Of a stretch of 26,348 bases of DNA, positions 1-8,139 are shown one piece after another. Within the stretch, counting starts at the first letter, position 1. The number at the start of each line of letters is the position of its first letter. Source of the DNA: a virus (lineage: Duplodnaviria > Caudoviricetes); IMG/VR virus record IMGVR_UViG_3300025652_000454, positions 1-26,348 of that record. One strand, 5' to 3'. The notes under the pieces were generated by a model. The model did not search any database and was not told where the DNA came from. It saw only the letters and a program-made list of their open reading frames with translations. The translations under genes and the position numbers were made by a program.

Positions 1-1459
1 TGATGTCCTATTGAATCGAGAATCACAGGACAACGTTGAGAAAATGCTTCAGACGAAGATCGTTCAAGGTTTCCTGTACCAACTGGAAGAAGAAGCTTTG
101 GCCAAGAAGAATGCCAAGCTGAAAACCAAGGTCGTCACTCGTGATGATCTGGGGAAAACCAAAGATCTGGAAATTGAATTCAATCCGGCATCTGCTCCCC
201 AACTACAAAAACTCCTATATAATAAAGAGTTCCTTGGCCTTCCAGTTTTGGATAAAACAGATTCTGGTCTCCCTTCTACGGGAGCAGATACGTTTGAGAA
301 ACTGCTTAAACAGCAGATCTCCGAGGAGACAGCGAACTTCTTAAACGTGTTGTTGGAGTACAAGGCTTCGGCCATCATCATCTCCACATTCATCCCTGCC
401 TTCTTGAAGGCTGTTCCGGGATTAGATGGATGGCATTACCTCTTTGGTAACTTCCGGTTAGGAGGGGCGCTCTCTGGGCGTCTGTCATCCAATAATCCAA
501 ACCTTCAGAACATTCCAAGTTCTGCTGGTGGTCCGTTGAAGTCGAGACTTGCCAATCTGATCAAAGAATCCTTTGAAGCTCCTCCCGGATGGTTATTCGT
601 AGGACTGGACTTCGATTCTCTCGAAGACCGGATCTCTGCTCTCACCACACGAGACCCTGAGAAACTGAAGGTCTACACCGACGGTTACGATGGTCACTCA
701 CTGAGAGCCTACGGATACTTCGGACACCAGATGCCTGATATCGACCCTTCTTCTGTGGATTCAATCAACAGCATTGCCAAAAAGTACAAGTCAATCCGTC
801 AGGAATCGAAGGCTCCTACCTTCGCTCTGACCTATCAAGGAACATACCATACTTTGATGAACAACTGTGGTTTCAGTAAAGAGAAAGCTCAGGATATCGA
901 ATCCAAGTATCTGAATATGTATCAGGTTTCGATTGAATGGGTGAACCAAAGACTCGAACAAGCTACTCAGGATGGTTACATCACTGTGGCCTTTGGTCTG
1001 AGGGTGAGAACTCCTCTATTGGCTCAGACTATTCTGAACACTGGGAAGACACCCAAGGAGGCTGCTGCTGAAGGTAGAACAGCCGGTAACGCTATGGGAC
1101 AGTCATACTGTATGCTGAACTCTAGGGCAGCTTCTGGCTTCATGAAGAAAGTCAGACGGTCCAGCCATCGTCTGGACATCAAACCATGTGCTCACATCCA
1201 TGATGCTCAATACTATCTCGTAAGAGACGGAGCATACGACAGCCTTGTGTATATAAATACACACCTCCCTAAAGAGGTGGCTTGGCAGGATGATCCTGAA
1301 ATCTGGCATGATGAAGTGAAACTCTCTGGTTCGTGTGAGATCTTTTACCCGAACTGGAACCATGGATTCGACATTCCAAATGGGGCTGACGTTCCGACAA
1401 TCAAAACCAAGATCAAAGAACACCTCTCTGATCTGAAAGAAAAAGGCATTACAGTATGA
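1..1459 (+). CDS. Family A DNA polymerase, C-terminal polymerase domain (N4 gp39-like); 5' end lies outside the window
   Basis: The frame is open to the left edge (gat gtc cta ttg...), so TTG11 is not the true start. PolA motifs: SGRLSSNNPNLQNIP, motif A GLDFDSLEDR, motif B RQESKAPTFALTYQG (Phe at the 762-equivalent position), motif C HIHDA. Confidence 0.96.
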   Translation, partial: DVLLNRESQDNVEKMLQTKIVQGFLYQLEEEALAKKNAKLKTKVVTRDDLGKTKDLEIEFNPASAPQLQKLLYNKEFLGLPVLDKTDSGLPSTGADTFEKLLKQQISEETANFLNVLLEYKASAIIISTFIPAFLKAVPGLDGWHYLFGNFRLGGALSGRLSSNNPNLQNIPSSAGGPLKSRLANLIKESFEAPPGWLFVGLDFDSLEDRISALTTRDPEKLKVYTDGYDGHSLRAYGYFGHQMPDIDPSSVDSINSIAKKYKSIRQESKAPTFALTYQGTYHTLMNNCGFSKEKAQDIESKYLNMYQVSIEWVNQRLEQATQDGYITVAFGLRVRTPLLAQTILNTGKTPKEAAAEGRTAGNAMGQSYCMLNSRAASGFMKKVRRSSHRLDIKPCAHIHDAQYYLVRDGAYDSLVYINTHLPKEVAWQDDPEIWHDEVKLSGSCEIFYPNWNHGFDIPNGADVPTIKTKIKEHLSDLKEKGITV

Positions 1460-1653
1460 AAAATACCATCAACGTCTCTCACATTCGCTACTTTGATGAA
1501 GAGAATTATAAGGAAATTCGTGGCTACGACTTTTTGAATTTCCAAAATCCCGGATGGGTTATCTTTACTTGGGAAGAGAAGTCTGAAGTTCTGTCTATCA
1601 ATGCATCACGTATTGCTGAGATTGTCAGTACAGTAGAAGAGTGTGAACCATGA
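1456..1653 (+). CDS. Small hypothetical protein (65 aa)
   Basis: ATGA overlaps with both the polymerase stop and the next gene's start, indicating translational coupling. AAGG lies upstream. Confidence 0.75.
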   Translation: MKNTINVSHIRYFDEENYKEIRGYDFLNFQNPGWVIFTWEEKSEVLSINASRIAEIVSTVEECEP

Positions 1654-2645
1654 AAAAACTAACGAACGATCATCAGATCGACCTCCCTATGGCTGTATGG
1701 CTTTTACAACAAGGCTATTATTCTGGGGCTGATGTTGCACCAGAAGGTGAACTAATTTCTGTCACTACGTTGATGAAACCAACTCGACATCTGATTCTCG
1801 AACGTCAAGTAAATCAAAATCAGGAAGTTGTTGATGTTTCTGATTTAATTGCCTCGCGAATGGGTCATGGTCTCCATGATTCTATTGAGCGAGCATGGAC
1901 CGAGGGCGACTGGAAGGGGGCGATGCGGCGTCTCCACTATCCCCAGTCAGTGATTGATCGTATAAAAATCAATCCAGATCTCTCGACACTCAGTAAGGAC
2001 GATATTCCAATTTTCTTGGAACAACGCCGATTCAAGAAAATCGGGGGTATCGTCCTTACTGGGCAGTTGGATTTTGCTATCAACGGTGCATACCGTGATG
2101 TAAAAAGCACTTCAACTTTCAGCTATACTTCTGGGTCTAAAAATCAGGACTATATTCTACAAGGATCTATGTATCGTCTAATCATGCCAGAATTCATCTG
2201 GCAGGATAAAATGAGAATTGAATTTATCTTCACCGACTGGCAGAAATATCGAACTAAGACAGATCCAAATTATCCTAAAACCCGAATCACTCATAAAGAG
2301 TTTCCTTTGATGAGTTTAGCTGAAACTGAAGAATGGATCCTCAACAAACTGAATGACATAAAGCAAAATGCCAAACATGTAACAAATCAGGATAAAATGG
2401 TTCGGTGTTCTGACAAGGAACTGTGGAAACAATCCGATACCTACAAATACTATGCTAACCCAGAAACTGCGAAGAAGGGTGGGCGTGCAACGAAGAGCTT
2501 CGACAAACTCGCTGATGCCGAACAACACAAATCTGACAAAGGCAAAGGCATTGTCATTACCGTTCATGGTGAGGTGAAAGCCTGTGAATACTGCTCTGCC
2601 TTTTCAGCCTGTGAACAAAGAAAGGAATATTTTCCAGATGTCTAA
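1650..2645 (+). CDS. PD-(D/E)xK RecB/Cas4-like exonuclease (N4 gp42-like)
   Basis: Motifs GHGLHDSIE, LEQR, LTGQLD, RDVKST and QGSMY (QxxxY), plus a C-terminal CEYCSAFSAC (Cx2Cx5C). Sits between the polymerase and primase genes as in N4. Confidence 0.85.
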   Translation: MKKLTNDHQIDLPMAVWLLQQGYYSGADVAPEGELISVTTLMKPTRHLILERQVNQNQEVVDVSDLIASRMGHGLHDSIERAWTEGDWKGAMRRLHYPQSVIDRIKINPDLSTLSKDDIPIFLEQRRFKKIGGIVLTGQLDFAINGAYRDVKSTSTFSYTSGSKNQDYILQGSMYRLIMPEFIWQDKMRIEFIFTDWQKYRTKTDPNYPKTRITHKEFPLMSLAETEEWILNKLNDIKQNAKHVTNQDKMVRCSDKELWKQSDTYKYYANPETAKKGGRATKSFDKLADAEQHKSDKGKGIVITVHGEVKACEYCSAFSACEQRKEYFPDV

Positions 2646-2805
2646 AAATGAAATCAAACTCATGCTTCAAATCATTGAGAATCTATCAACGTATACAACA
2701 GATGATAATTATACCGAGATGATCAAGGATGAGATACGCAATGGAATTCCAACATTTAAAAATGATGTAGATACACTTCAGAACAAATTAAAAGGTATGC
2801 TTTGA
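2638..2805 (+). CDS. Small hypothetical protein (55 aa, MSKNEIK...)
   Basis: ATG2638 follows AAGGAA (2622-2627) and overlaps the nuclease stop. Its TGA overlaps the primase ATG (TGATG). Preferred over the ORF-track start at 2584. Confidence 0.7.
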   Translation: MSKNEIKLMLQIIENLSTYTTDDNYTEMIKDEIRNGIPTFKNDVDTLQNKLKGML

Positions 2806-4964
2806 TGGCTAATTTCTATGATCTTTCAATCATAGAAAATACACCACATCACCAAGCAATGAACGATTTAACTGACCTGCTCTGTCACAGAACAGGTCAA
2901 GTAAATCGTGACTTCTTTCAGGCTGAAGTGGCGTATTTTCTAGGTCTTATCCCCTCTTCCATGAGGGTAAAGATCGTCAGTCCTGAACGGGGTATTATCC
3001 CCATCAACATCTATTCTATTGCTCTGGCTACATCAGGTTTTGGTAAAGGTCACTCTGTTTCTCTGCTGGAAGAAGTTCTTACTGGATTCCGTGACAACTT
3101 CATGAAATCCACCTTTGGGGTACTAGCTGAAACTAGCTTATTTAATTTAGCTATAGATATTGCTGCTTCCAAAGGTGGTGATGAACAAAAAGAACTTGAA
3201 GCTTTGCAAGCTGACTTTAAAAAACAAGGTCATGCTCCTTTTATATTCGACAGTGGAACTGGTCCTGCTGTAAAGCAACTTCGATATAAACTTCTACTTG
3301 CACAGGCTGGATCAATCAACTTCCAGATGGATGAGATTGGTTCTAACCTGATGGGAAATAACGAAGTTCTTAACGTACTGTTAGAGCTTTATGACTTAGG
3401 TAAAATTAAAGCAAAGCTTGTAAAAAATACTCCAGATAATGAACGAGGTTTGGATATTGCTGGTGCCACACCATCAAATGTTCTGATGTTTGGTACAAGT
3501 TCTAAACTCTTCGATGGTTCAAAAATCGAGGAAGAATTTTACTCCTTCTTGGCAACGGGTTATGCCCGACGCTGTTTTTTTGGTATGGGGCAGAAAGAAA
3601 GTGCTGTTTCAACCATTAATCCAGAAGATGTCTACAATGGTCTAGTGTCTAAAAATCAATCTCAAGCACTACAACGTTGGCAGACATACCTCACTAAGTT
3701 CGCTAACCCTCAGTATCATGCACTGGAACTTTCAGTACCAAAACCAGTGGGTGTAGAACTGGTAAGTTATCGTCTTCAATGTGAAGCGATTGCTAACCAA
3801 ATGCCTGAGCATGAGGAAATCCGAAAGGCTGAACTATCGCATCGGTATTTCAAATCCCTGAAACTCGCTGGGGTGTATGCTTTCCTTGATGAATCTACGG
3901 AAATCCAGACTCAGCATCTACGTCAGGCTATCAAAGTTGCGGAAGAATCAGGATACTCATTCCAAAAACTTCTAAAAAGAGAACGGAACTTTGTTCGATT
4001 GGCGAAATACATTGCATCTAGTGCAGATAATCTTACTCATGCGGACTTAGTTGAGGATCTACCCTACTATCCCTCATCTAATACTGCTCGAAAGGAAATG
4101 ATGGATCTAGCGATGGCATGGGGAGTCTCAAACCATGTAGTCATTACCAAGAATGTGGTACAGCAGGTGGAATTCTTCTCTGGTTCCACACTAGCGGAAA
4201 CTGATCTGAATAAACTAAGTTTTAGTTTCTCAAATCATTTCGCTTATGACTACGAAAATCAAGAACAGCCTTTGGATAAACTTCCAATTCTGTTGGGTCA
4301 ACCAAACCTTCACTGGGCAAACCATCGCTTTGAGGGAGGTCACAGAGCTGAAGATAAGGTAATAGAAGGGTTCAACATGTTGGTGGTTGATGTGGACGGT
4401 GGAATCACTCTAGAAGCCGTACATGAGCTCCTGAAAGACTATACTTTCATTACGGCTACCACCAAGCGTAACACTAAAGATGAGCATCGGTTCAGACTGA
4501 TTATGCCAACAAACTATTATCTTCACTTGGGAAAGAACGACTATAAGGAATTTATGAACTCTTTCCTTTTGTGGTTGCCATTTGAAAGTGATGTTTCAGC
4601 TAATCAAAGATCCAAAAAATGGCAAACTTGTGAAGACTCTCAGATTCTGATACATCGTGGTCCCCAGATCATTGATGTATTGCCTTTCATTCCGAAAACC
4701 AAGGCAAACAGCGAATATGTTCAACAAGTCGCAGACCTTGGAAATCTCGACAATCTGGAACGTTGGTTCTTGAACAATTTGGAAGTAGGAGGTAGAAATA
4801 ACACCCTATTGAATTATGCTATGATGCTCAAGGATGCAGGAATGGGATATGATGAGCTTGAGAAAAAGGTCATCACCTTGAACAACCAGTCAGAAGCTCC
4901 TCTGAAGAAGGATGAGATCTACTCGACTATTCTGAAATCGGTTGCTCAAAAAATGACTAACTAA
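2805..4964 (+). CDS. DNA primase / primase-helicase (N4 gp43-like): N-terminal P-loop domain, C-terminal AEP-type primase and PriCT-like domain
   Basis: Walker A ATSGFGKG, Walker B FQMDEIG, AEP DxD motif VVDVDGG, RFRLI, and PriCT-like GGRNNTLLNYA. About 720 aa with N4 synteny. AAGGT RBS precedes ATG2805. Confidence 0.88.
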   Translation: MANFYDLSIIENTPHHQAMNDLTDLLCHRTGQVNRDFFQAEVAYFLGLIPSSMRVKIVSPERGIIPINIYSIALATSGFGKGHSVSLLEEVLTGFRDNFMKSTFGVLAETSLFNLAIDIAASKGGDEQKELEALQADFKKQGHAPFIFDSGTGPAVKQLRYKLLLAQAGSINFQMDEIGSNLMGNNEVLNVLLELYDLGKIKAKLVKNTPDNERGLDIAGATPSNVLMFGTSSKLFDGSKIEEEFYSFLATGYARRCFFGMGQKESAVSTINPEDVYNGLVSKNQSQALQRWQTYLTKFANPQYHALELSVPKPVGVELVSYRLQCEAIANQMPEHEEIRKAELSHRYFKSLKLAGVYAFLDESTEIQTQHLRQAIKVAEESGYSFQKLLKRERNFVRLAKYIASSADNLTHADLVEDLPYYPSSNTARKEMMDLAMAWGVSNHVVITKNVVQQVEFFSGSTLAETDLNKLSFSFSNHFAYDYENQEQPLDKLPILLGQPNLHWANHRFEGGHRAEDKVIEGFNMLVVDVDGGITLEAVHELLKDYTFITATTKRNTKDEHRFRLIMPTNYYLHLGKNDYKEFMNSFLLWLPFESDVSANQRSKKWQTCEDSQILIHRGPQIIDVLPFIPKTKANSEYVQQVADLGNLDNLERWFLNNLEVGGRNNTLLNYAMMLKDAGMGYDELEKKVITLNNQSEAPLKKDEIYSTILKSVAQKMTN

Positions 4965-4997
4965 CAGCGGTCGAACCATATAACCAAAGGAAAACTC

Positions 4998-5738
4998 ATG
5001 AATGAAAATCCGAAAAGCGTTCTCATCTGTGGTGAGAGCGGTCATGGTAAGTCTGCTTCTCTCTTGGGAATCAAGGACAGAAAAGATGTTCTGTACTTAA
5101 ACTGCGAGAGTGGCAAACCGCTGCCATTCAAAAACTCTTTCAAGAAAAAGACGATCACTGATCCTGAAGACATCATTGATTATCTGGATCAACTGGAACA
5201 AATGGGGTCCGAGAACCCCTACAATTTCGTCGTGATCGACACTGTGTCATTCATGATGGATATGTACGAAACGCAATACGTTCTAAACTCTTCAAACACC
5301 ATGAAGGCTTGGGGTGACTATGGTCAGTTCTTTAAACGACTGATGACAGCAACTGCGAAGGTGGATGCCTTCTTCATCATGCTGGGTCACTTGGATGCCT
5401 TCTTGAATGAAGAAGAAGGGATGATGCGTTATCAAGTTCCCGTCAAAGGGGCCTTGGCCAAGAAGGGATTGGAAGCCTATTTCACGACTGTGATCTACGT
5501 CAAAAAGATGCGGATCAAAGACATTGAGAAGGCCAAGATCCAGAATCCTCTGCTGAATATCTCGGCAAAGGAAGAACGACTTGGCTTCAAACACGTCTTC
5601 CTCACTGAATCGGACAAGACCACAATCGGTGGTCGGATCCGCTCTCCTCTGGGAATGTGGGATGATGATGAACTCTACATCGACAACGATGTGAGTCATG
5701 TTCTGAAGCGATTGGTCGAATACTACGCTGAAGATTAA
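4998..5738 (+). CDS. AAA/P-loop ATPase, Sak4-like single-strand annealing protein (N4 gp44-like)
   Basis: Walker A GESGHGKS, YLNCESG, Walker B VVIDTVS, LGH. Directly upstream of SSB, with an AAGGA RBS. Confidence 0.85.
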   Translation: MNENPKSVLICGESGHGKSASLLGIKDRKDVLYLNCESGKPLPFKNSFKKKTITDPEDIIDYLDQLEQMGSENPYNFVVIDTVSFMMDMYETQYVLNSSNTMKAWGDYGQFFKRLMTATAKVDAFFIMLGHLDAFLNEEEGMMRYQVPVKGALAKKGLEAYFTTVIYVKKMRIKDIEKAKIQNPLLNISAKEERLGFKHVFLTESDKTTIGGRIRSPLGMWDDDELYIDNDVSHVLKRLVEYYAED

Positions 5739-5804
5739 CTCTTCTTTTTTGGTTTCGATTACGATTACGATACGACTAACCTCATGCAAAATAAGGAAAA
5801 CTTC

Positions 5805-6614
5805 ATGAGCAACATTTTCTCAAACAAAAAATCCGCCAAAGGTGAGAAGGTCGAAGACGATTTTCTAGGTGGTGGCGGTGGTGTTCTTGAAACAGACATC
5901 TATCCGGCTGAAATTAAGTATGCCTTCATTGGTAAAGCTTCTTCATCAGAAGCTCGTAACCTGACTCTTTGTCTGAAGATTGGTTCTTCTGAAATCACTC
6001 GTCAGATTTGGATGACTACCCGTAATGGCGATGTCACCTACAAAGATAAAAAAACTGGTGAAGATAAAAATCTGCCGGGATTCAACCAAGTAAACAGCCT
6101 ATGTATGTTGGTATGTTCTAAAGAAGTCGGTGACATGGATGTTGAGGAGAAGATCCTTAATCTTTATGACTTCGATTCCAAACAAGAAGTTCCTCAGACT
6201 GTGAATTGCTTCACCGATCTTCATGGTGAAAAAATCCAAGTAGCAATCCAAAAACAGATTGTAGACAAAACTAAAAAGAATGAATCGACTGGTGATTATG
6301 AACCAACTGGCGAAACTCGTGCCATTAATGAATTTGTAAAATTCTTCCCGGAAACTGTCGCTGTCACAATCTCAGAAGTTGCACATTACATTAAGTCTTT
6401 GGGGGGTGACTTCGATGAAGTCCTGTCTGATGGTGACCTGAACAAAGCTATCTCTAAGATGGAAGACGGTGATTATGCAACTAAATGGTTGGATAAAAAT
6501 CGTGGAGAAACATGGGATCGTTCTACAGGCAAGACTGAAGGAAAAACCTTCAAAGATAGTAACTCGGGTGGTTCCACCGAGAAGAAGCAAAAATCGTCGT
6601 TGTTTGACGATTGA
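5805..6614 (+). CDS. ssb: N4-type single-stranded DNA-binding protein (gp45-like)
   Basis: Start MSNIFSN follows TAAGGA (5792-5797), preferred over 5784. Contains DFLGGGGGVLETDIY and LPGFNQVN segments and a flexible tail ending KSSLFDD. Synteny matches N4 gp45. Confidence 0.85.
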   Translation: MSNIFSNKKSAKGEKVEDDFLGGGGGVLETDIYPAEIKYAFIGKASSSEARNLTLCLKIGSSEITRQIWMTTRNGDVTYKDKKTGEDKNLPGFNQVNSLCMLVCSKEVGDMDVEEKILNLYDFDSKQEVPQTVNCFTDLHGEKIQVAIQKQIVDKTKKNESTGDYEPTGETRAINEFVKFFPETVAVTISEVAHYIKSLGGDFDEVLSDGDLNKAISKMEDGDYATKWLDKNRGETWDRSTGKTEGKTFKDSNSGGSTEKKQKSSLFDD

Positions 6615-7540
6615 TCCTATCGGATCTACTTTTAGATGCAGTGAAGGAGTCGTACTCAGTACGACTCCCTTACATGGTCAACGTCAGTAAGAAGACTACT
6701 AAAGCTATTAATCTGAACGTTTATCGAAATTTGCATCACCACCATCTTAACACTCAAAAGAAAAATTTTCATGAAACAGTGAAACCGCTTCTAAGGGATA
6801 AGCCAAAAGCTAAAAAGATCTGGATCCATTATGAGATCTTTGCACCCAGAAACGGAATACTTGATACCATGAATGTCGGATCCATCGCTGATAAGTATTT
6901 CAGTGATACGTTGGTGGAAACTGGGAAGATTCCAGACGACAATCAAAAACATGTCGTTTTGAACACCTTCTCTTTTGGTGGTGTGGCTCCAATGGATGGC
7001 CACATCATTGCAACAGTCAATATTTTAAAGGAGCTAGAAATGAAAATTCTACTCGATCAAGAAGACATCCAAAACGCTCTGAACACATACGTTAAGACTC
7101 TAAATATGCCCAATGCTGAAAACGCAACTGTTGAACTCAGCATCGACTACGATGAGTCTGCAAGCGAAAATGATCAGATCGTTGCTGAAGTCATGATGGG
7201 TGAAGCAAAACCCAAGAGCAAAGGTGGACGGCCTAAAGGATCCACTACCCGCCAAAAACCTACTCCTAATAAGGAAGAGGTAACAAATGCTGTGGAAACT
7301 AATTCTGAAAGAAGTGGCAATGGCACTGATTCAGGAGGAAGTGACTCGGCAGAGACACTTACTCAAACAGGATCGGAAAAAGCTCCGAAAGAAAAGCCCA
7401 ACTCGGGAAACCTTTTTGGGGACTCGGAAGACCCCTCCTCGGACTCCATCAAAGAGACTGAAAGTGGTTCAACTGAGAAAGAAACCCCCAATCCTGTGAA
7501 GTTAAGCACGAAGAAGTCGAGCATTTTTGATGCTGACTAA
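6611..7540 (+). CDS. RusA-like Holliday junction resolvase domain (N4 gp46-like), in frame with a gp47-like low-complexity protein
   Basis: The N-terminal ~143 aa carry INLNVYRN and DTMNV...DKYFSDTLVETGKIPDDN, a RusA-like acidic pattern ending in DD. No stop occurs before 7538. TTG start overlaps the SSB stop. Confidence 0.7.
   Translation: MILSDLLLDAVKESYSVRLPYMVNVSKKTTKAINLNVYRNLHHHHLNTQKKNFHETVKPLLRDKPKAKKIWIHYEIFAPRNGILDTMNVGSIADKYFSDTLVETGKIPDDNQKHVVLNTFSFGGVAPMDGHIIATVNILKELEMKILLDQEDIQNALNTYVKTLNMPNAENATVELSIDYDESASENDQIVAEVMMGEAKPKSKGGRPKGSTTRQKPTPNKEEVTNAVETNSERSGNGTDSGGSDSAETLTQTGSEKAPKEKPNSGNLFGDSEDPSSDSIKETESGSTEKETPNPVKLSTKKSSIFDAD
7040..7540 (+). CDS. Probable independently initiated protein (166 aa, MKILLDQEDIQ...; N4 gp47-like), in frame within 6611..7540
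   Basis: Strong SD AAGGAG (7028-7033) 6 nt before ATG7040. Short folded N-terminus followed by a K/E/S/T-rich tail ending KKSSIFDAD. Confidence 0.7.
   Translation: MKILLDQEDIQNALNTYVKTLNMPNAENATVELSIDYDESASENDQIVAEVMMGEAKPKSKGGRPKGSTTRQKPTPNKEEVTNAVETNSERSGNGTDSGGSDSAETLTQTGSEKAPKEKPNSGNLFGDSEDPSSDSIKETESGSTEKETPNPVKLSTKKSSIFDAD
7287..7499 (+). CDS. Possible overprinted small basic protein (70 aa) in the +1 frame
   Basis: AAGGAAGAGGT (7271-7281) lies 5 nt before ATG7287. The N-terminus MLWKLILKEVAMALIQEEV looks amphipathic. Confidence 0.35.
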   Translation: MLWKLILKEVAMALIQEEVTRQRHLLKQDRKKLRKKSPTRETFLGTRKTPPRTPSKRLKVVQLRKKPPIL

Positions 7541-7712
7541 TCTCCTTAAAAAGGTGGCTCTCTTGATAATAATCTTGGGAGTCGCCATTTTATTTATCTG
7601 CCTTGCTCCTATTTTAATAATAGGGTTGTGGCTCCTATTTTGGGGTTTGATTGCTCTGATGGTTTTCTCCTTCATCATTTGGGTAATCATGGAATGGCTC
7701 AAAGAAGATTGA
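7530..7712 (+). CDS. Small membrane protein with two predicted TM helices
   Basis: Almost entirely hydrophobic (VALLIIILGVAILFICLAPILIIGLWLLFWGLIALMVFSFIIWVI) with a basic N-terminus and acidic C-terminus. Overlaps the preceding stop. Confidence 0.7.
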   Translation: MLTNLLKKVALLIIILGVAILFICLAPILIIGLWLLFWGLIALMVFSFIIWVIMEWLKED

Positions 7713-7769
7713 GCCAACCAAGAAGAGTATGTTTCATTCATCTGAACGAACTTCACAAATCGTAGACGG

Positions 7770-8133
7770 AGATGGAGCCAGAGAATACTGGATGCCTATG
7801 TGTAAGTCATAGCGAAACAAATTATTTCTGGGTATCAGCAGCCGGTAAGGACTGATGATGTAATATAGGAAAATAAGGGATTAGCCCCAAAGTCCTGTTG
7901 AACGAAGAGATGTGTCTCTTCGCCCAGTCCATTAATTCCTTTCTGGATTAGTCTCCAGACGGGATTGGAGCTATCTGTGGCTGCCTAAAATCACAGATCG
8001 TTTACTACCAACCCGATATGTGGGTAGCACGTAGGGAAGATCAATGCGTAGACCAAAGAGAAATGACTAGCTCGCGTCTTCATGGGATTAGGGGAGGGGG
8101 TACGAGGCCATACCTCTCCCCCCCATTCTTTTT
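7770..8133 (+). ncRNA. Candidate structured non-coding RNA of unknown class (strand and ends uncertain)
   Basis: No ORF of 60 aa or more. Nested stems: 7882-7898/7959-7973 enclosing hairpins 7903-7922 and 7942-7959; 7973-7980/7991-7998; 8036-8048/8073-8081; terminal G/C hairpin followed by a T-run. Confidence 0.45.
8091..8133 (+). terminator. Rho-independent terminator-like hairpin ending the + strand transcription unit
   Basis: GGGGAGGGGGTA-cgaggcca-TACCTCTCCCC followed by cccattcttttt. Confidence 0.6.
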
Positions 8134-8139
8134 AAGCAG

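Noticed and set aside
5292-5789. 165-aa - strand ORF and other antisense or nested ORFs in the track (e.g. 16870..17424, 14218..14664)
   Set aside because: They lie opposite well-supported conserved genes, run against operon direction and show no motifs.
6585-6611. Beta-clamp binding motif in the SSB tail (QKSSLF)
   Set aside because: The spacing does not fit QL[SD]LF/QxxLF, so it was treated as an SSB-type tail motif instead.
7729-7812. 27-codon ORF MFHSSERTSQ...
   Set aside because: Very short, weak RBS and no recognisable features. It cannot be excluded but is unsupported.
7846-7900. Hammerhead ribozyme (CTGATGA at 7852-7858, then GAAA and GTC)
   Set aside because: The core words are in the right order, but stems I, II and III do not pair in the required register.
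7768-8125. tRNA, tmRNA, RNase P RNA or group I/II intron in the intergenic gap
   Set aside because: No TTCGA T-loop, no correctly placed acceptor stem with CCA, no tag reading frame and no recognisable catalytic core motifs.
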